Below, one piece after another: positions 1 to 12,535 of a stretch of DNA of 64,000 bases; within the stretch, counting starts at the first letter, position 1, and every line of letters starts with the position of its first letter. The DNA comes from Podarcis erhardii. Lineage: Eukaryota. The stretch lies in the NCBI GenBank assembly GCA_964252035.1, contig OZ176207.1; one strand, given 5' to 3'. The position numbers were made by a program, and so were the translations under genes. A model generated the notes under the pieces. The model saw nothing but the letters and a program-made list of their open reading frames with translations, was not told the DNA's origin and did not search any database.

Positions 1-1432
1 AATTCTATCAGAAGTGATGTCATATGAGTTCTGCTGACCAAGCATGAACTTGATCCACATCTGTGTATCCCACCATAAGGTAGATCTACACTCCACCTCT
101 TCTGTCTCCCCACCTTTGTCAGCTTCATCTACAACTTTCTCACATTCCCCTGTGGCAGGCCTAACTAGATTACTCCAGTTGTTCACAAAAATACACGTTT
201 GCAGCAGCGACTCCTTCAGTGTTCAGGTGAAGTTTTGTAAACTATTTGGCTTAGTGAACAGCTTTTATATCTGCAGTCATATTTGAGGTTAATTGACAGT
301 TAGGTGAAAGACTGCATGATTTGCAAAAGGCTTTACAAAAGGATCTTTACATCTTTGTCTGTTTCTTGGCCACTTAATTTTCAATCTGCAGAAAAAATGC
401 TGGAAAGCATAAACAGAAGACAAGAAGTAGAATGCCTTTGTTTTGTCCACCTTTTAATATACTTTTTGATCACTTGACTACAGAGAATCAACACTCCCTG
501 TATAATGATGCCAAAATGAGTACACCTGAGTCTTGTGGAGTTGTTGGCTCGACCAAAAGTATCACGCGGTTGCACAGTTAGCTGCATCTAGATGCTGCCG
601 CATACTATTATCCTACATCAATTGTTTCACGAGTATCTTTTGTTCAGAAGACATTCAGTTCTTACTGGGATCATGTCAACATTGACAAGATAATGCTTTC
701 AATGCCCAACTCCCATAAACAACAATAGCTCTAAGTAGCAGTTGGCAAATTCGTTTGGTTTGAAAAACTGGGGTTTTATTGCTCCAAATGTGTAGTTCTA
801 CAATCTCACTTTTTAAATGCTTATATCTTTCATTCTATCAAAATTCCAGCTGCATTGTAACTATTTCCAAGAGTGGATTTAAGATACAGGGATTCAAATG
901 TCTTTTTTTTTTTTAATTGGTCAAATACCAATTTTTGTTTGGCCTGCATAGTGGTGTGCAAATTTCTACTGAATAATCCAGCTATGAACATGCAGGTCTC
1001 TAATCCAGAATCTAATTTAGAAAGATAACTGTCAGAAACAAAGCAAGCAAGCTCAGATCATAGGTGAGTGCATGGGCACCAGCCTCAATGTCTTTGCATG
1101 ACTAATTCCAAGAAGAAGGCTTAGAAGGATCTTGTCTATCGCTCAGTCAGGTGGGAGGTAGAAACAAGTCAATGCTATGCCCAGAAACAGCAGGGCAAGG
1201 TGATGGACAAAACAAAGAAGCAATCAGTAATGGAGAAACGAATCTGAGGCAGACATCAAGTTGAAGAAATGATTCACAAAAGGGCAGCTCAGGGCGTGGA
1301 GATAGTTGCAAGGAGACAGCACTAGTCTCAAGGCAGTTAAGATGCTTTAAGAGGGATCTGTTGAACAGCTAGCTAGCATCATCTCTGCATCCTCTTCCTG
1401 CTTTCTTTTGTAATGGCTGCTGGAATGGGGAC

Positions 1433-1562
1433 CCAGGGATGGGGACCAAGCTGCCCTCCAGGTGTGGTAAAACTCCAGCTCCCATCAGGGTCAGCTCACA
1501 TGAGCAGTGATCAGGGATGAGGAGAGATGGAGTCTCAGAATGTCTGAAGGGCCACAGGTTCC
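1433..1562. repeat. Short palindromic MITE-like repeat (ctcccatca...tgatggga-type), degraded
   Basis: Imperfect inverted arms (ccctccagg.../...ctgaagggccacaggttcc). Related pieces at ~33490-33555, ~44305-44380 and 53741-53836. Confidence 0.4.
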
Positions 1563-2200
1563 TAGCATGACCAAATGAGTTGCAATTGTACTTCATTACA
1601 GATGCAGTAGGTGAGCTTAGAAAATGAGGCTGGATAGAATCCTATAATCATGGGTAAGCTGCAAAGGCTGATAAAATTTTCTTGCAACAGTGGGCAGCAG
1701 TGATACTAGTTTTCTGTGGGTTTGATGCCCTCGTGAACAGGGAAATAATTTTACATGAGATCCTTCCTTGCGCAATCAGGACAATTAAATGTGCATCAAC
1801 AGTGGCAATGATAAATCTGCCTGGGTCCACCAAGGCATTTAGCATGTCAAGTAGATGTACAAAGGAGGTGAAGAAAAATGTTTAATAGAAATCTCCTTTG
1901 TGTCCCTCAGGACCAAATATATCCTCTGGGATAGACTTGTGATTAATTAAACTTTTTCTCCCTGAATGCAGGGCAATCAAGAAATTCCTCTCTTTTATTC
2001 TAATCCACTGACACAGTTGGAAGGAACATAACAATTCATCTATGCATCTATTCTCATTTCTATTCAACTCCTAGTCTCATATGAATTCTCAGCCCCGGGA
2101 GGTCACATGAACATGAGGAAATTATTTTGCACAGCATATATTGGAGAGCCTAGTTACACAGGTCCATATTCAATGGCCAATTGGGGACCCAGAAAGAAAG

Positions 2201-2313
2201 GAATATAAGAATAGCCCTGCCAGCTTAGACCAAATGCTTATCCAGCCCAGCATTCTGTTCCAACAGTGGCTAACTAGACACCTGTCATGGTAAGCCCACA
2301 AAAAGGACATGAG
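2201..2313 (-). mobile_element. Old CR1 LINE 3' end fragment
   Basis: ataagaatagcc...ccagcattctgttccaacagtggc motif. Similar to 11175-11372 and 15165-15370. Confidence 0.45.
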
Positions 2314-2363
2314 GAGAAGGAATGAGTAGGATGAAGACAAAGCGTGTTCTCCATCATGGAGAT

Positions 2364-3151
2364 CACGTGTTGTGGTGGGGGCTGCCAGGACACTCCAAAG
2401 TTGTGGGACGGGCTAATTGATTGTTGGCCACTGATGCGATTGGGCTTCCCTTGTTGAGAAGAAGTTAATGTTGCCATTTGTTGATTGACAGCCAGAAATG
2501 CTAAAACTCCTTGCACGAGGCTAGGGCTTCCTCTTTTCGCCCGTGCATCGGATTGCCCGTCCCCACCCCTATATTTAGGGTTTTTCGCTTTGACCTTGCT
2601 ATGCCTGTCATGGCGTCGTCTGCTCTTGGGGCAGGGGCCCGGTAGGAATTTTGTCCATCTGGCTGATTGGCTGGGGCCATTTGGTTTTTGCCTACTGTGT
2701 AGCAAATCGTCACAACTTGTAAAGTTGCGGTTAGGCATTGGTTTATGGTTTGGTTGGTTGAGGGGCATGGATTGGCTGTGCCTGCCTCTCTAATGCTGCT
2801 GCTGCAAGGGATTCCGTTAAAGGAATTGGGGGCTAACTATTGCTTGTCTACACTATCAAGGGGGCTCGGGCCACTGCAAGAGCTCCTGGCTGCATTTGGG
2901 GAGGGCTGAGGGCAGGTTCCCTGCTTCGTCGCTATCCCCAAGTGTATTCCCCTTTTCTGACTTTCGCAGGTGTGCGGAATGTCAGTCTGTCCCCCACGGT
3001 GGGGGCAGATAGTCGCAACCAGTGCCTAAGCAACCACTCACATGTTTGTATTTTAATAAAGTTGTGGCCAAAATTATGTCAAAAATCTTAAACAACAAAT
3101 TTGGTGTGATGTGTGAGTTATTGGGGTGGCCCTGGGGACCTCGACACGCAA
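2364..3151 (+). mobile_element. Solo LTR-like element, family X copy 1
   Basis: Core TGTTGTGGT (2368) ... ACCTCGACA (3146) with imperfect terminal inverted repeat; AATAAA at 3055-3060. Homologous blocks at 23861-24724 and 39571-40714. Confidence 0.75.
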
Positions 3152-4038
3152 GGAGGTTCTTAACAAATTCTAAAATGGTGTTTGCAACTTTTCCATAAGT
3201 GATCCTTAACTGATTTTTTAAAGACTGAGAGATTCTACAATTCCATTGATGAGGTGTTTTTCCCCCTAACCAAAATTTAATTGTTTGTAAGACATGTTTT
3301 TAAAAAGCTCCCATTGCAAAGTTTACTTATTTGAGCACTAATCTAACCAACCTTTTACAGTTAAGGCAAAAATGCCCAGCTGTGCAAAAGGGGTCTCAGG
3401 TGCACTTTGGAATATACTTTATTGATTTGCCTCTTCTGTGTAGCTAACAAATATATTTCCAGTTTCCTTCAAAACAGCTTGATCAAATCAAGAAACCTTT
3501 TTTCTGAAGCCAAATAAGTGAAAATGGTAGAGTGCCTCAGCAATTGTTAATAAGGCGGGATTCACAAACAGATTTCTAAGTGGGGTTTGCAATGGAGCTC
3601 TAAAAGTGACAAATAACTTCTGAAAATGACAGATATATGTAGAATCTGTTTGTCTTATCTGATTCTTTTTCTCTAATGCTGCAATTTAATTCTCTATTAT
3701 CCTGGAAAAGAGTTCGGACAAAGTGCATAAAAATAAACACACAGAGAAGATCTCAACATTTAATACAGAAGGCAGGAATGGCTTTCATAAATGATATTAT
3801 TAAGGCAGTTGAATAGTCATAGACCTGGATGGGAGACTGGATGGGAGGAAGACTTCTGGGAGGCCCATGTTACACTGGAATATAATATAAATCAGTATCT
3901 AAACATCAGAAGAGTCCTGCTGCTGGACCAGTCCTAAGGTCCATCATTTGTTTCCCACAGTGGCACATTTAGAAAGCACAACCTATGCTGATGTATGCAT
4001 TCGTTTTCCCTGGGGAATGCTGCCTGCCTTTTTATGTA

Positions 4039-4297
4039 CTGTATTTTTTGCTCTATAAGACTCACTTTTTCCCTCCTAAAAAGTAAGGGGAAATGTGTGT
4101 GCGTCTTATGGAGCGAATGCAGGCTGTGCAGCTATCCCAGAAGCCAGAACAGCAAGAGGGATTGCTGCTTTCACTGTGTAGCGATCCCTCTTGCTGTTCT
4201 GGCTTCTGAGATTCAGAATATTTTTTTTCTTGTTTTCCTCCTCCAAAAACTAGGTGTGTCTTGTGGTCTGGTGCGTCTTATAGAGCAAAAAATACGG
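4039..4297 (-). mobile_element. Non-autonomous Tc1/mariner-type MITE (ccgtatttttcgctctataagacgc TIR family)
   Basis: TIRs ctgtattttttgctctataagac / gtcttatagagcaaaaaatacgg; TA at the left end; long internal hairpin ~4137-4208. Shares its ends with 15635-16126. Confidence 0.8.
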
Positions 4298-4880
4298 TTC
4301 ATGTGCATTTATTTCTTTATCCATGCATCAAACACCCACTCTGCAAAGCAGAGTCTGGGGCTCCAGGCCAAAGGACTACTCTTCTAATTTTCTTTACAGC
4401 AAAGAAGAGAGTCATAGGCATAGTCAAATCCAGGGGATGTCTAAGAGCATATTTGATAACTAATCACTTCCTGGAACAAGTTGCCTGCTTCTTGAGATCT
4501 GTCCATGGTCCTGAAGATCCACCCCTGACCATCCTTGCTCTCTAGATTCCTGTTCTGAGATTGAATGCTGCTTTTTTCCTGCTTGTCCTCTCCTTATGTT
4601 CCAGTGCACAAGGTAGGCATGTGCCCACCTGACACATCTATGGACTCCACCTCACCAGAACCAGAACAAGTTATCATTAGTGTGCTTTTGGAAATGAACA
4701 GGGGGGTGGGAATCTTAATATAATCTACTGCCCTATAGCAAACAGACTGGAAGCAAATATATTGAAAGAAGGTCCCATGTGAAGTCTCATATTGATTCTA
4801 AGAACACTGTATAATAACAGACTTGCTGCTACATCATAACCTACACTGGGAACAAAGTGGACCTCTTTTACGGCATCTAA

Positions 4881-5445
4881 GGCCATGTCCACACCAAACA
4901 TTTAAAGCAATCATGGCTTCCACCCAAGAAGCCTGAGAGCTGTACAGTGGTACTTTGGGTTACAGACGCTTCAGGTTACAGACGCTTCAGGTTACAGACG
5001 CTTCAGGTTACAGACTCTGCTAACCCAGAAATAGTACCTCAGGTTAAGAACTTTGCTTCAGGATGAGAACAGAAATCGTGTGGTGGCGGCGCGGCGGCAG
5101 CGGGAGACCCCATTAGCTAAAGTGGTACCTCAGCTTAAGAATGGTTTCAGGTTAAGAATGGACCTCCAGAACAAATTAAGTTCTTAACTAGAGGTACCAC
5201 TGTAGTTTGTTAAGGATACTGAGGGTTGTTATAAGACTCCTGTTCCTCTCCCAAAACTGCAATGTCCAGAATGGTTTGACAATTAGTCCTTTTTCCAAAG
5301 AACTCTGGGAATTGTAGCTCTGCGAGGGGAATGGAGGTCTCTTAACAACTCTCAACACACTTAGCAAACTAAAGTTCCCAGGATTCTTTGGGGGAAGCCA
5401 TTTCAGTTTAAAGTGTTATGATAGTGTTTAATGGATGTGGACTAA
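4881..5445. mobile_element. Foldback (palindromic) non-autonomous element interrupted by a MITE
   Basis: The left arm (aagaagcctgagagctgta|gtttgttaagg...) is the reverse complement of the right arm (...cttagcaaactaaagttcccaggattctt). Ends are gtccaca / tgtggac. Confidence 0.65.
4945..5202 (+). mobile_element. Tigger/pogo-like MITE family 1, copy A
   Basis: TA|CAGTGGTAC...GTACCACTG|TA (TA TSD); three internal 16-bp repeats acagacgcttcaggtt. Confidence 0.92.
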
Positions 5446-6355
5446 CTCTTCGCTGATTCAGAGCAGCCCTCTGCTCTTCCAGTTCCTCTGGAACAGATAC
5501 TGAGAAATATTATCTTGCCCCTCCTATACTAGAAGCCAGGGGGTCATCATGACCTCTCTGAAGAAAACTCAAGAGTTTGGGGAATCTGAGAGCACTCATC
5601 AGTTGGCTGCTTTGGGGGAGATTGCAGACAACACTTGTTATTGAAATTTTACAATTTCTATCACACTTGGAGGAATTTTTTTCCTTATCATTGTTGACTT
5701 AATATCATTATTCATTTACCAAGAGAAGATCTATAACCCTATTGCAACATGGCTAGCCACAAACAATAGGGTAATATCTGAGGGAAAACTGTTTTCTGTT
5801 GGTGATTAAAAGCTAAATCGGCAGCCCTATCTCCCTCTGGATTAAGTAAATTCTATTAGTTTTTCAGTTGTGTGCAGTAAATATGGATTTCAAGATGTGT
5901 TTGTCTGCATTCCTTAAAACATTTATGAACAGTGAACAGATGCATTTGTTTTAAGCATATTTTCGTATTTCAACACTTTTCCCCTTGGTTTTTAATATGG
6001 ATACTGTTCATCACATATTGAATAAAACAACTTTTGCTGAACTTAATACCTCAACCCAAATCACATTGTCTCCATAAATATTTCACAATTTGTGTACAGC
6101 AAATACCAAATTCACTTCTGCACTTATTGTAATAGACCAAAGGGGGGGGGAGGAACCTTGACCATTTCACCCCCATCTGTTCTTGGGTTAGTCATGAAGA
6201 ATGTATATTGAATGAACATGGGGTGGTGCTTAGTTGGTTTTGAAAATACCTACTAGGTCCACTGGTATTGTTTGAAGGAAATGTACAAGATATGCTAAGT
6301 TACTGTTTAATCCAATGTCCATGAAATGTCTCTGTTTCCAACCATGAGTATGATC

Positions 6356-6476
6356 CAGCTATTGTGTGACCTTGGGCCAGTCACTATCTCTCAGCCTGAC
6401 CTACCCCACAGAGTTTTTGCCAGGGTGAAATGGAGAGCAGAAAAGGTTGTATGTCGCCTTGAGCTCCTTGGAGGGA
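6356..6476 (+). mobile_element. MIR/CORE-like SINE fragment
   Basis: tgtgtgaccttgggccagtcac...ctcagcct...cctacc CORE-like motif. Confidence 0.45.
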
Positions 6477-8325
6477 TGGTGGCCTCTAAGTGCAAATTTG
6501 AACCCTACTAGCTTCTATTTTATTTCAAATTGAGTTTCTATTATAACCAATGTGCTTTACTTTATTTAAATGTGATCCATTTTTGTTTCCTTGCTTGCTT
6601 AAAGCATTTTTGCCCTACTCTGCAGCCAAATAGGCTCCTAGGGCAATTTACAGATTAGAATGAAAACATAGGGTTGCTGCCACCAGGTTTACAAATGGTC
6701 CTTGCACTCCTTTTGTCTCTGGAGATATTCCAGAGGGGCCATAGGAAGCATTGGATCTCCAAGGATGGAGAGAGAGGTTCTACCTCAGAGAGGTAGACCT
6801 GATGTCAGATACCCGTTCCTCACCACCACAGAAACAACTGTGGCTCATACACTATTGACACTGGAGGTCTGACATAAGTAGGGTCCATTGCCTTCCCAGT
6901 CCCCCAACATCACCCCAAACCAGCAAGGAAACTCTGCTAGTCATTTTCCTCCCTGACATAGCGAATTCCCCCCAATTGATTTAAATGAGAGAGAACTTTT
7001 ATAAGTCCCAGAGAAGGACTAAACAGTGCAAGTGTTGCTCCAGCCCTTTTTTTATCCCCTACTGGCAGGACCCTGTAGGACATTGTATGAGCTGGTTTTG
7101 CCAGCCTTCATTCTCCCCACCCCATCTCCTGCCTTAAGAGTGCATCTTAAAAGACACATTGCAAAAGGAAATGCGAAGGGAGAGGGAGGAGGAAAGAAGT
7201 AATCACAAGCATACGCTCCAGTGTTATACTAGTGACCTGCAGGGGTGGAAACAGTTTGTGCAGCCTGGCAGAATGGTAACAGATGAGGAAGAAGAAGACC
7301 CCCAAAGCAGCTGGTGTCTCAGCAGACCAAATGGAATACTCCTGCTTCAGCTCCGTCATACCCAATACTAGCATTTTTTATGTTTTGTCATATTTGCTTC
7401 TCAGTTTGACTTTACTGGCATGGCTCATCAGTCCCTTGTTAGAATCCTGAAAATCCATGTGTTCTTCAAAGTACGTGAATGATCAGCATGGCTGTGAAGG
7501 CAGGTATATCTGAAATGAAGGCGATGAGAAAAATACTAAAGAAAAGTAGACCAAATTCACTATGTTTTCTAACAAGTATGTTTTCTAAGCCCTTAGGGTG
7601 AGATTCTTCACATTTATGGACTCCCATTTCTCAATAAAAAGATTGCCAGATAAATGAAAAATAAACCTACCAGATGTAGTTTGATACGCATTGTGCTTGG
7701 TGTTAGCAAATATGATGAGGATCAGATGGGACATTGTTCAATAAGCATCAGTGCATCTTCTCAAAATTGATGGCCCATTAATCAGCCGTAAAGTAACATA
7801 AATTCACAGCAGTGTAAGATATAAACTACCTACATCTAATAGTTAAAATGCAGGGAGCAGCTGCATCAAAAACAAACATGGTTGTGTCTAGGTTATGGTA
7901 CCGTCTGATTTTTAACTTGTTTTATGAGTTAATGTTTATTAATTAATTTTATAGATATTGTTTATTAAATTTTATATTGTCTGCTGCCTTGAGTACCTTG
8001 AGGCGGAAAGATGACATATAAGCTTGCTCAAATAATTAATGACTAAAGAAATGTTGACGGATCATTTACATGTATAAAGGTAAAATTAGGTTTCCCAAAA
8101 ATTATCCACGTTATTTGTGGTGGGGGTGGTGAAATTGAAAGGGAGCATTTTGCCAAATATTGTTGCACAGAGAGGTGAAATTCCCCAACAGTTTGCCCTC
8201 GTCCCCAGGAAAGTATCTCCTGAGACTTTTGACTGATTTCATATTGAATGAAACCCCCTAGTGCACATTCTTATGAGTGGGTGAAGGAAGAAATGAGCTA
8301 AGAGAGGGTGTTAAACCAACATCAA

Positions 8326-8657
8326 AAAGGTAAAGGGACCCCTGACCATTAAGTCCAGTCGTGACCGACTCTCGGGATGCGGCGCTCATCTCGCTTTACT
8401 GGCCAAGGGAGCCGGCGTATAGGTCATGTGGCCAGCATGACTAAGCCGCTTCTGGCGAACCAGAGCAGCGCACAGAAACGCCGTTTACCTTCCCACCGGA
8501 GCGGTTCCTATTTATCTACTTGCACTTTGACGTGCTTTCGAACTGCTAGGTGGGCAGGAGCTGGGACCAAGTAACAGGAGCTCACCCCGTCGCGGGGATT
8601 TGAACTGCCGACCTTCTGATCAGCAAGTAGTTTAGACCACAGTGCCACCCGCGTCCC
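8326..8657 (-). mobile_element. Sauria SINE, near full length
   Basis: tRNA-like head (gggacgcgggtggc... on the minus strand) and (ACCTTT)n tail; imperfect TSD ttaaaccaacat (8311) / ttaaaacaacat (8658). Collinear with 39821-40150. Confidence 0.92.
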
Positions 8658-10657
8658 TTAAAACAACATTAGATGATGCTAAAACTGAAGCCATGGTTGC
8701 ATCCAGAATTCATGGGTGGCAAAATCAAGGAGGCCTCTCTGCTGAACATTCATCCAGGGGAGAAGCTCAGAATTTTGTCATGAAATTCTTTTCTAAGAAA
8801 CTTCAGCTAAGCCCTAAGAAGAAGAAGAAAGCAGGAAATCATATCTTCCTTGGACTGATTTGTATGTGTGCTGGTGATTGCCTCTTGATTCCCCTGCCCC
8901 AATGTGAGAAGAAAGATGAGGAGTGGGGGGGGGGAGAGATGGCAGCTGGCGGTGCATCATTATGTGTACACACATGCCATCTCCTATGTGCGGCTGACTT
9001 TGGTGAGGTCATAAGGGGTTCTGCCTAAACAGGATCTCTGGGGTATGATAATCTACCTCTTCTTTTTTTTTTACATTGGCTGTGAAGTTAGACTTATTAT
9101 TAATAGACCAGATAGGAAGGATGGGACTCTCATCATCCACTTTGGAGCTAATTATTCATTTTGATCTAAGAGGATTATAATGCTGAAAGATAACCACAGG
9201 CAACATATTTATAGCGCTAGCAAACAGTGGCCAGGAACTTCGACTCCTGCATTTCAGCTTAGTTTATCTGATAGGAAAGTGTGTCGGGCAGGGAGAGCTG
9301 CTTTGGTTGATTAGTCGTGTGTTGCATGGGACCGTGTACACCCCACTAAGCAGATTATGTGTGTTTTCTTTTACAAATGAGCCCAACTCTCTTCGCAAGC
9401 TGCAAGTTATGTTAATGGTCACAAATGCTGCTTCCTTCTTCTCCTCTGGCCCCCCTCCCTCTGCCACTGCCGCTCCCAGTTTTAAACATTATTAGCTCTC
9501 TGGCAAGATCTCTGCTGCCGACTAAAAAACTTGGCACTATCAGGAACTGCTGAATAATTTAAGCTTCTGGCAGCCCGAGAAAAGAGAACACACACACCTT
9601 TCTAGGAGACAGGCATGCTGTTCAAATGTTTTGGAGAAAAGCACATGGCACACCACTGTATAGTCAGCAATGGCGACTGTCTCTCTTTAGAGAGGCACAA
9701 CTTCCTAGGCCAATGGGACAGAATGCATAAAGATGTTGAACGTGCAATTAAACAGATCCCTCTCCACTCCAGCATCCCCAGAGGCACAGAGGCGTTGGGC
9801 TTTGCGGGCTCACATTTCAAGAGTGCCTTTGCATGTGCAAGGCTGATTGGAGCGCAAGTGCACAGGTTTCGTAATGATGTGATGAGCCAAGATGTTCGAG
9901 GTATTTGATTTCTGTGAATTCCAATGAGAACAGGTGCCACAAAAGAACATTTATCGTGAGCTGGATGTGTTTATTGGGAGAAATCCCTGGCGCACTAAGG
10001 AGTTACTACAGTTGCCCTGGTGTGTCCAAATTGTTGCTGAAACGGCATGCCCTCGAGAAAGAAATGTTTCTGAACTGCACTGGGTTACAAAATAAATGCC
10101 ATTTTGTAGCACCTGGAGTCGTCGTCGTCGTCCCCCCCCCTACTTTTTTTGGTGTGTGTGTGCTATTCCAGTTTTGTGATTGGTTTTCCAATGTGAACTG
10201 ATATGATTCATACAAATGTTGCAGATTGGCACATAATTATCATTTGAATTTTGCACTCGCTGAATGACGTAATACCATTTCTATGCTCAAAAGGCATACC
10301 AAAATAATATTTCTCCATCCTCATCATCATTTTTAATTTGTATACCGTCTTTCTATCTTACAATACTCAAGGCGGTTTACAAGCTGAAGAAACAAAAAAT
10401 GTACAACTTATAACAATCTAATGCAATACAAAAATGTGATAATAAAACAAAACTTTAAAATAAGCAACCTACATCAAAAAGTAACGTTCAACAATTATTA
10501 GAATAGTACAAAACAATAGCAACTTATAAAAGTTAAACAGAAATCCACTCAATAGTTACAATAAATAATTTCTAAACTATAATCAATAAAACAATGGCAA
10601 GCCACAGTACATAAAATAATACAATACAAATTGAGAAGCAGAGACTAGAGGGTGGGA

Positions 10658-10805
10658 TGGGGCAAGGCAGGTGGAAGGAGGCCTTGCCTGATGGAGTCTC
10701 TCCCCTCACAGTTCTTCCTCCAGGAACAGCTCCCTCATGAGGAGTCCCAGGGCTAGGGGCTGGGGCAAGGCAGGTGGAAAGAGGCCTTGCCTGATGGAGT
10801 CTCTC
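10658..10805. repeat. 45-bp direct repeat x2 (period 103), each copy with an 8-bp hairpin
   Basis: tggggcaaggcaggtggaa(g/a)gaggccttgcctgatggagtctctc at 10658-10702 and 10761-10805, one mismatch. Confidence 0.75.
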
Positions 10806-10856
10806 ATTACATTTGTACTCCATGTTTCCTCTCAGAGGAGAACAGGGCAGCAAATA

Positions 10857-11167
10857 CAGTGGTGCCCCGCAAGACGAATGCCTCGCAAGACGAAAAACCC
10901 GCTAGACGAAAGGGTTTTCCGTTTTTCGAGGCGCTTCGCAAGACGAATTTCTCTATGGGCTTGCTTTGCAAGACGAAAACGTCTTGCGAGTCTTGCAATT
11001 TTTTTTGCTCCCCCCCCCTTTTCTAAGCCGCTAAGCCGCTAATAGCCGCTAAGCCGCTAATAGCGCTAAGCCGCTAAGCCGCTAATAGGGTTGCTTCGTA
11101 AGACAAAAAAACCGCAAGACGAAGAGACTCGTGGAACGGATTCTTTTCGTCTTGCGAGGCACCACTG
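10857..11167 (+). mobile_element. Tigger-like MITE family 2 (cgcaagacgaa-rich)
   Basis: TA|CAGTGGTGCC...GGCACCACTG|TA; internal gcaagacgaa and taagccgc repeats. Second copy at 46911. Confidence 0.9.
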
Positions 11168-11174
11168 TACATCA

Positions 11175-11372
11175 GTAAGAGCATAAGAAGAGCCTTTCCG
11201 GATCAAAGCAAAGGCCCGTCTAATTAATCCAGCCTCCTGTTCTCACAGTGGCCAACTAGATGCTATGGGAAGCCCCCAAAGGACTTGAGTGCAAAAGCAT
11301 TACTCTTCCCACTTGTGACTCCCAACAACTAACATTCAGAGACCCACTGCCTCCAACAGTGAAGGTAGAACA
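11175..11372 (-). mobile_element. Old CR1 3' end fragment
   Basis: cataagaagagcc...ccagcctcctgttctcacagtggccaac motif. Confidence 0.55.
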
Positions 11373-11383
11373 CAGAAACAATA

Positions 11384-11604
11384 CAGTGGTACCTCAGGTT
11401 ACAGACGCTTCAGGTTCAGGTTAGGTTATCCGCTAATCCAGAAATAGTATCTCGGGTTAAGAACTTTGCTTCAAGATGAGAACAGAAATCGTGCGGCGGC
11501 AGTGGGAGGCCCCATTAGCTAAAGTGGTGCTTCAGGTTAAGAACAGTTTCAGGTTAAGAACGGACCTGCGGAACGAATTAAGTACTTAACCTGAGGTACC
11601 ACTG
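11384..11604 (+). mobile_element. Tigger-like MITE family 1, copy B
   Basis: TA TSD and CAGTGGTACCTC TIRs at both ends. Confidence 0.92.
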
Positions 11605-12304
11605 TACAATTTTTAAAAACAAAAAAAAGCCACCATTAAAAACTTCATTAAGCACATTTTTAACAAATTATTTTAAGATAAAATATCTTTAGAAATCAAC
11701 CCATTCAGAAAAATATGAATAGTATTGGACTGTAAATGCATTGTTTCTTTTATTTGTGTTTATGTTTTAAATATTGTTTTTATTTTACTGCACGGTGCTT
11801 CAAAGTGCTCCGGCATAAGATGGCAGGATCTATTTTGATTAATAGATGAGTTTCTCAGCTGATGGGGCGTAGCTTTTTACAAAAAAATAAAATAAAATGG
11901 TGGTGTTTTACATGCCAGATCAGGGAAATAAAGGAGATTGACATTTGGATTTATTTATTGTTTGGACCTCTGAAAGCTGTATTTCTTCCAGTGCAAGAGT
12001 GGCACCACTTATCTGTTTGAGCATGACAGCCTCTAAAGCATGAGAACCATTTAATAAAGTAGGCTACTCTTTTGTTATAAATCATTCATTAGGGAAGAGA
12101 TGCTTCAGGTTTAGCCATGTTACTCGCTTTGATAAATCTCATAATGTTAAAATTCTTAACAAGAGCACCGTATTTAAAAACACACACACCAAGGTTAGCA
12201 TCAACATTGCTGAGATGTTGCTTTTGACTACCCAAAGTGATGTTGTTGTCAGTCAACACAGAAAGGTAACAAAACAAAAAAACCCAAGGAGTTCCTGTAA
12301 CAAG

Positions 12305-12535
12305 GAGAGCCAGTGTGGTGTAGTGGTTAAGAGCGGTAGACTCATAATCTGGGGAACCGGGTTCGCGACTCCGCTCCTCAACATGCAGCTGCTGGGTGAC
12401 CTTGGGCTAGTCACACTTCTCTGAAGTCTCTCAGCCCCACTCACCTCACAGAACAACAACAACAACAACAACAACTCTTCTTCTTCTTCTTCTTCTTCTT
12501 CTTCTTCTTCTTCTTCTTCTTCTTCTTCTTCTTCT
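12305..12535 (+). mobile_element. tRNA-derived CORE-type SINE (probably Squam3-like), 3' part deleted, (CAA)n(CTT)n tail
   Basis: A box tggtgtagtggtt and B-box-like gggttcg; homologous to 26168-26472 and 62863-63124; possible ctgtaac TSD (12295, 12534). Confidence 0.85.

Noticed and set aside
10658-10805. CRISPR-like repeat-spacer-repeat
   Set aside because: Only two repeats, 45 bp long, in vertebrate repeat-rich DNA with no cas genes.
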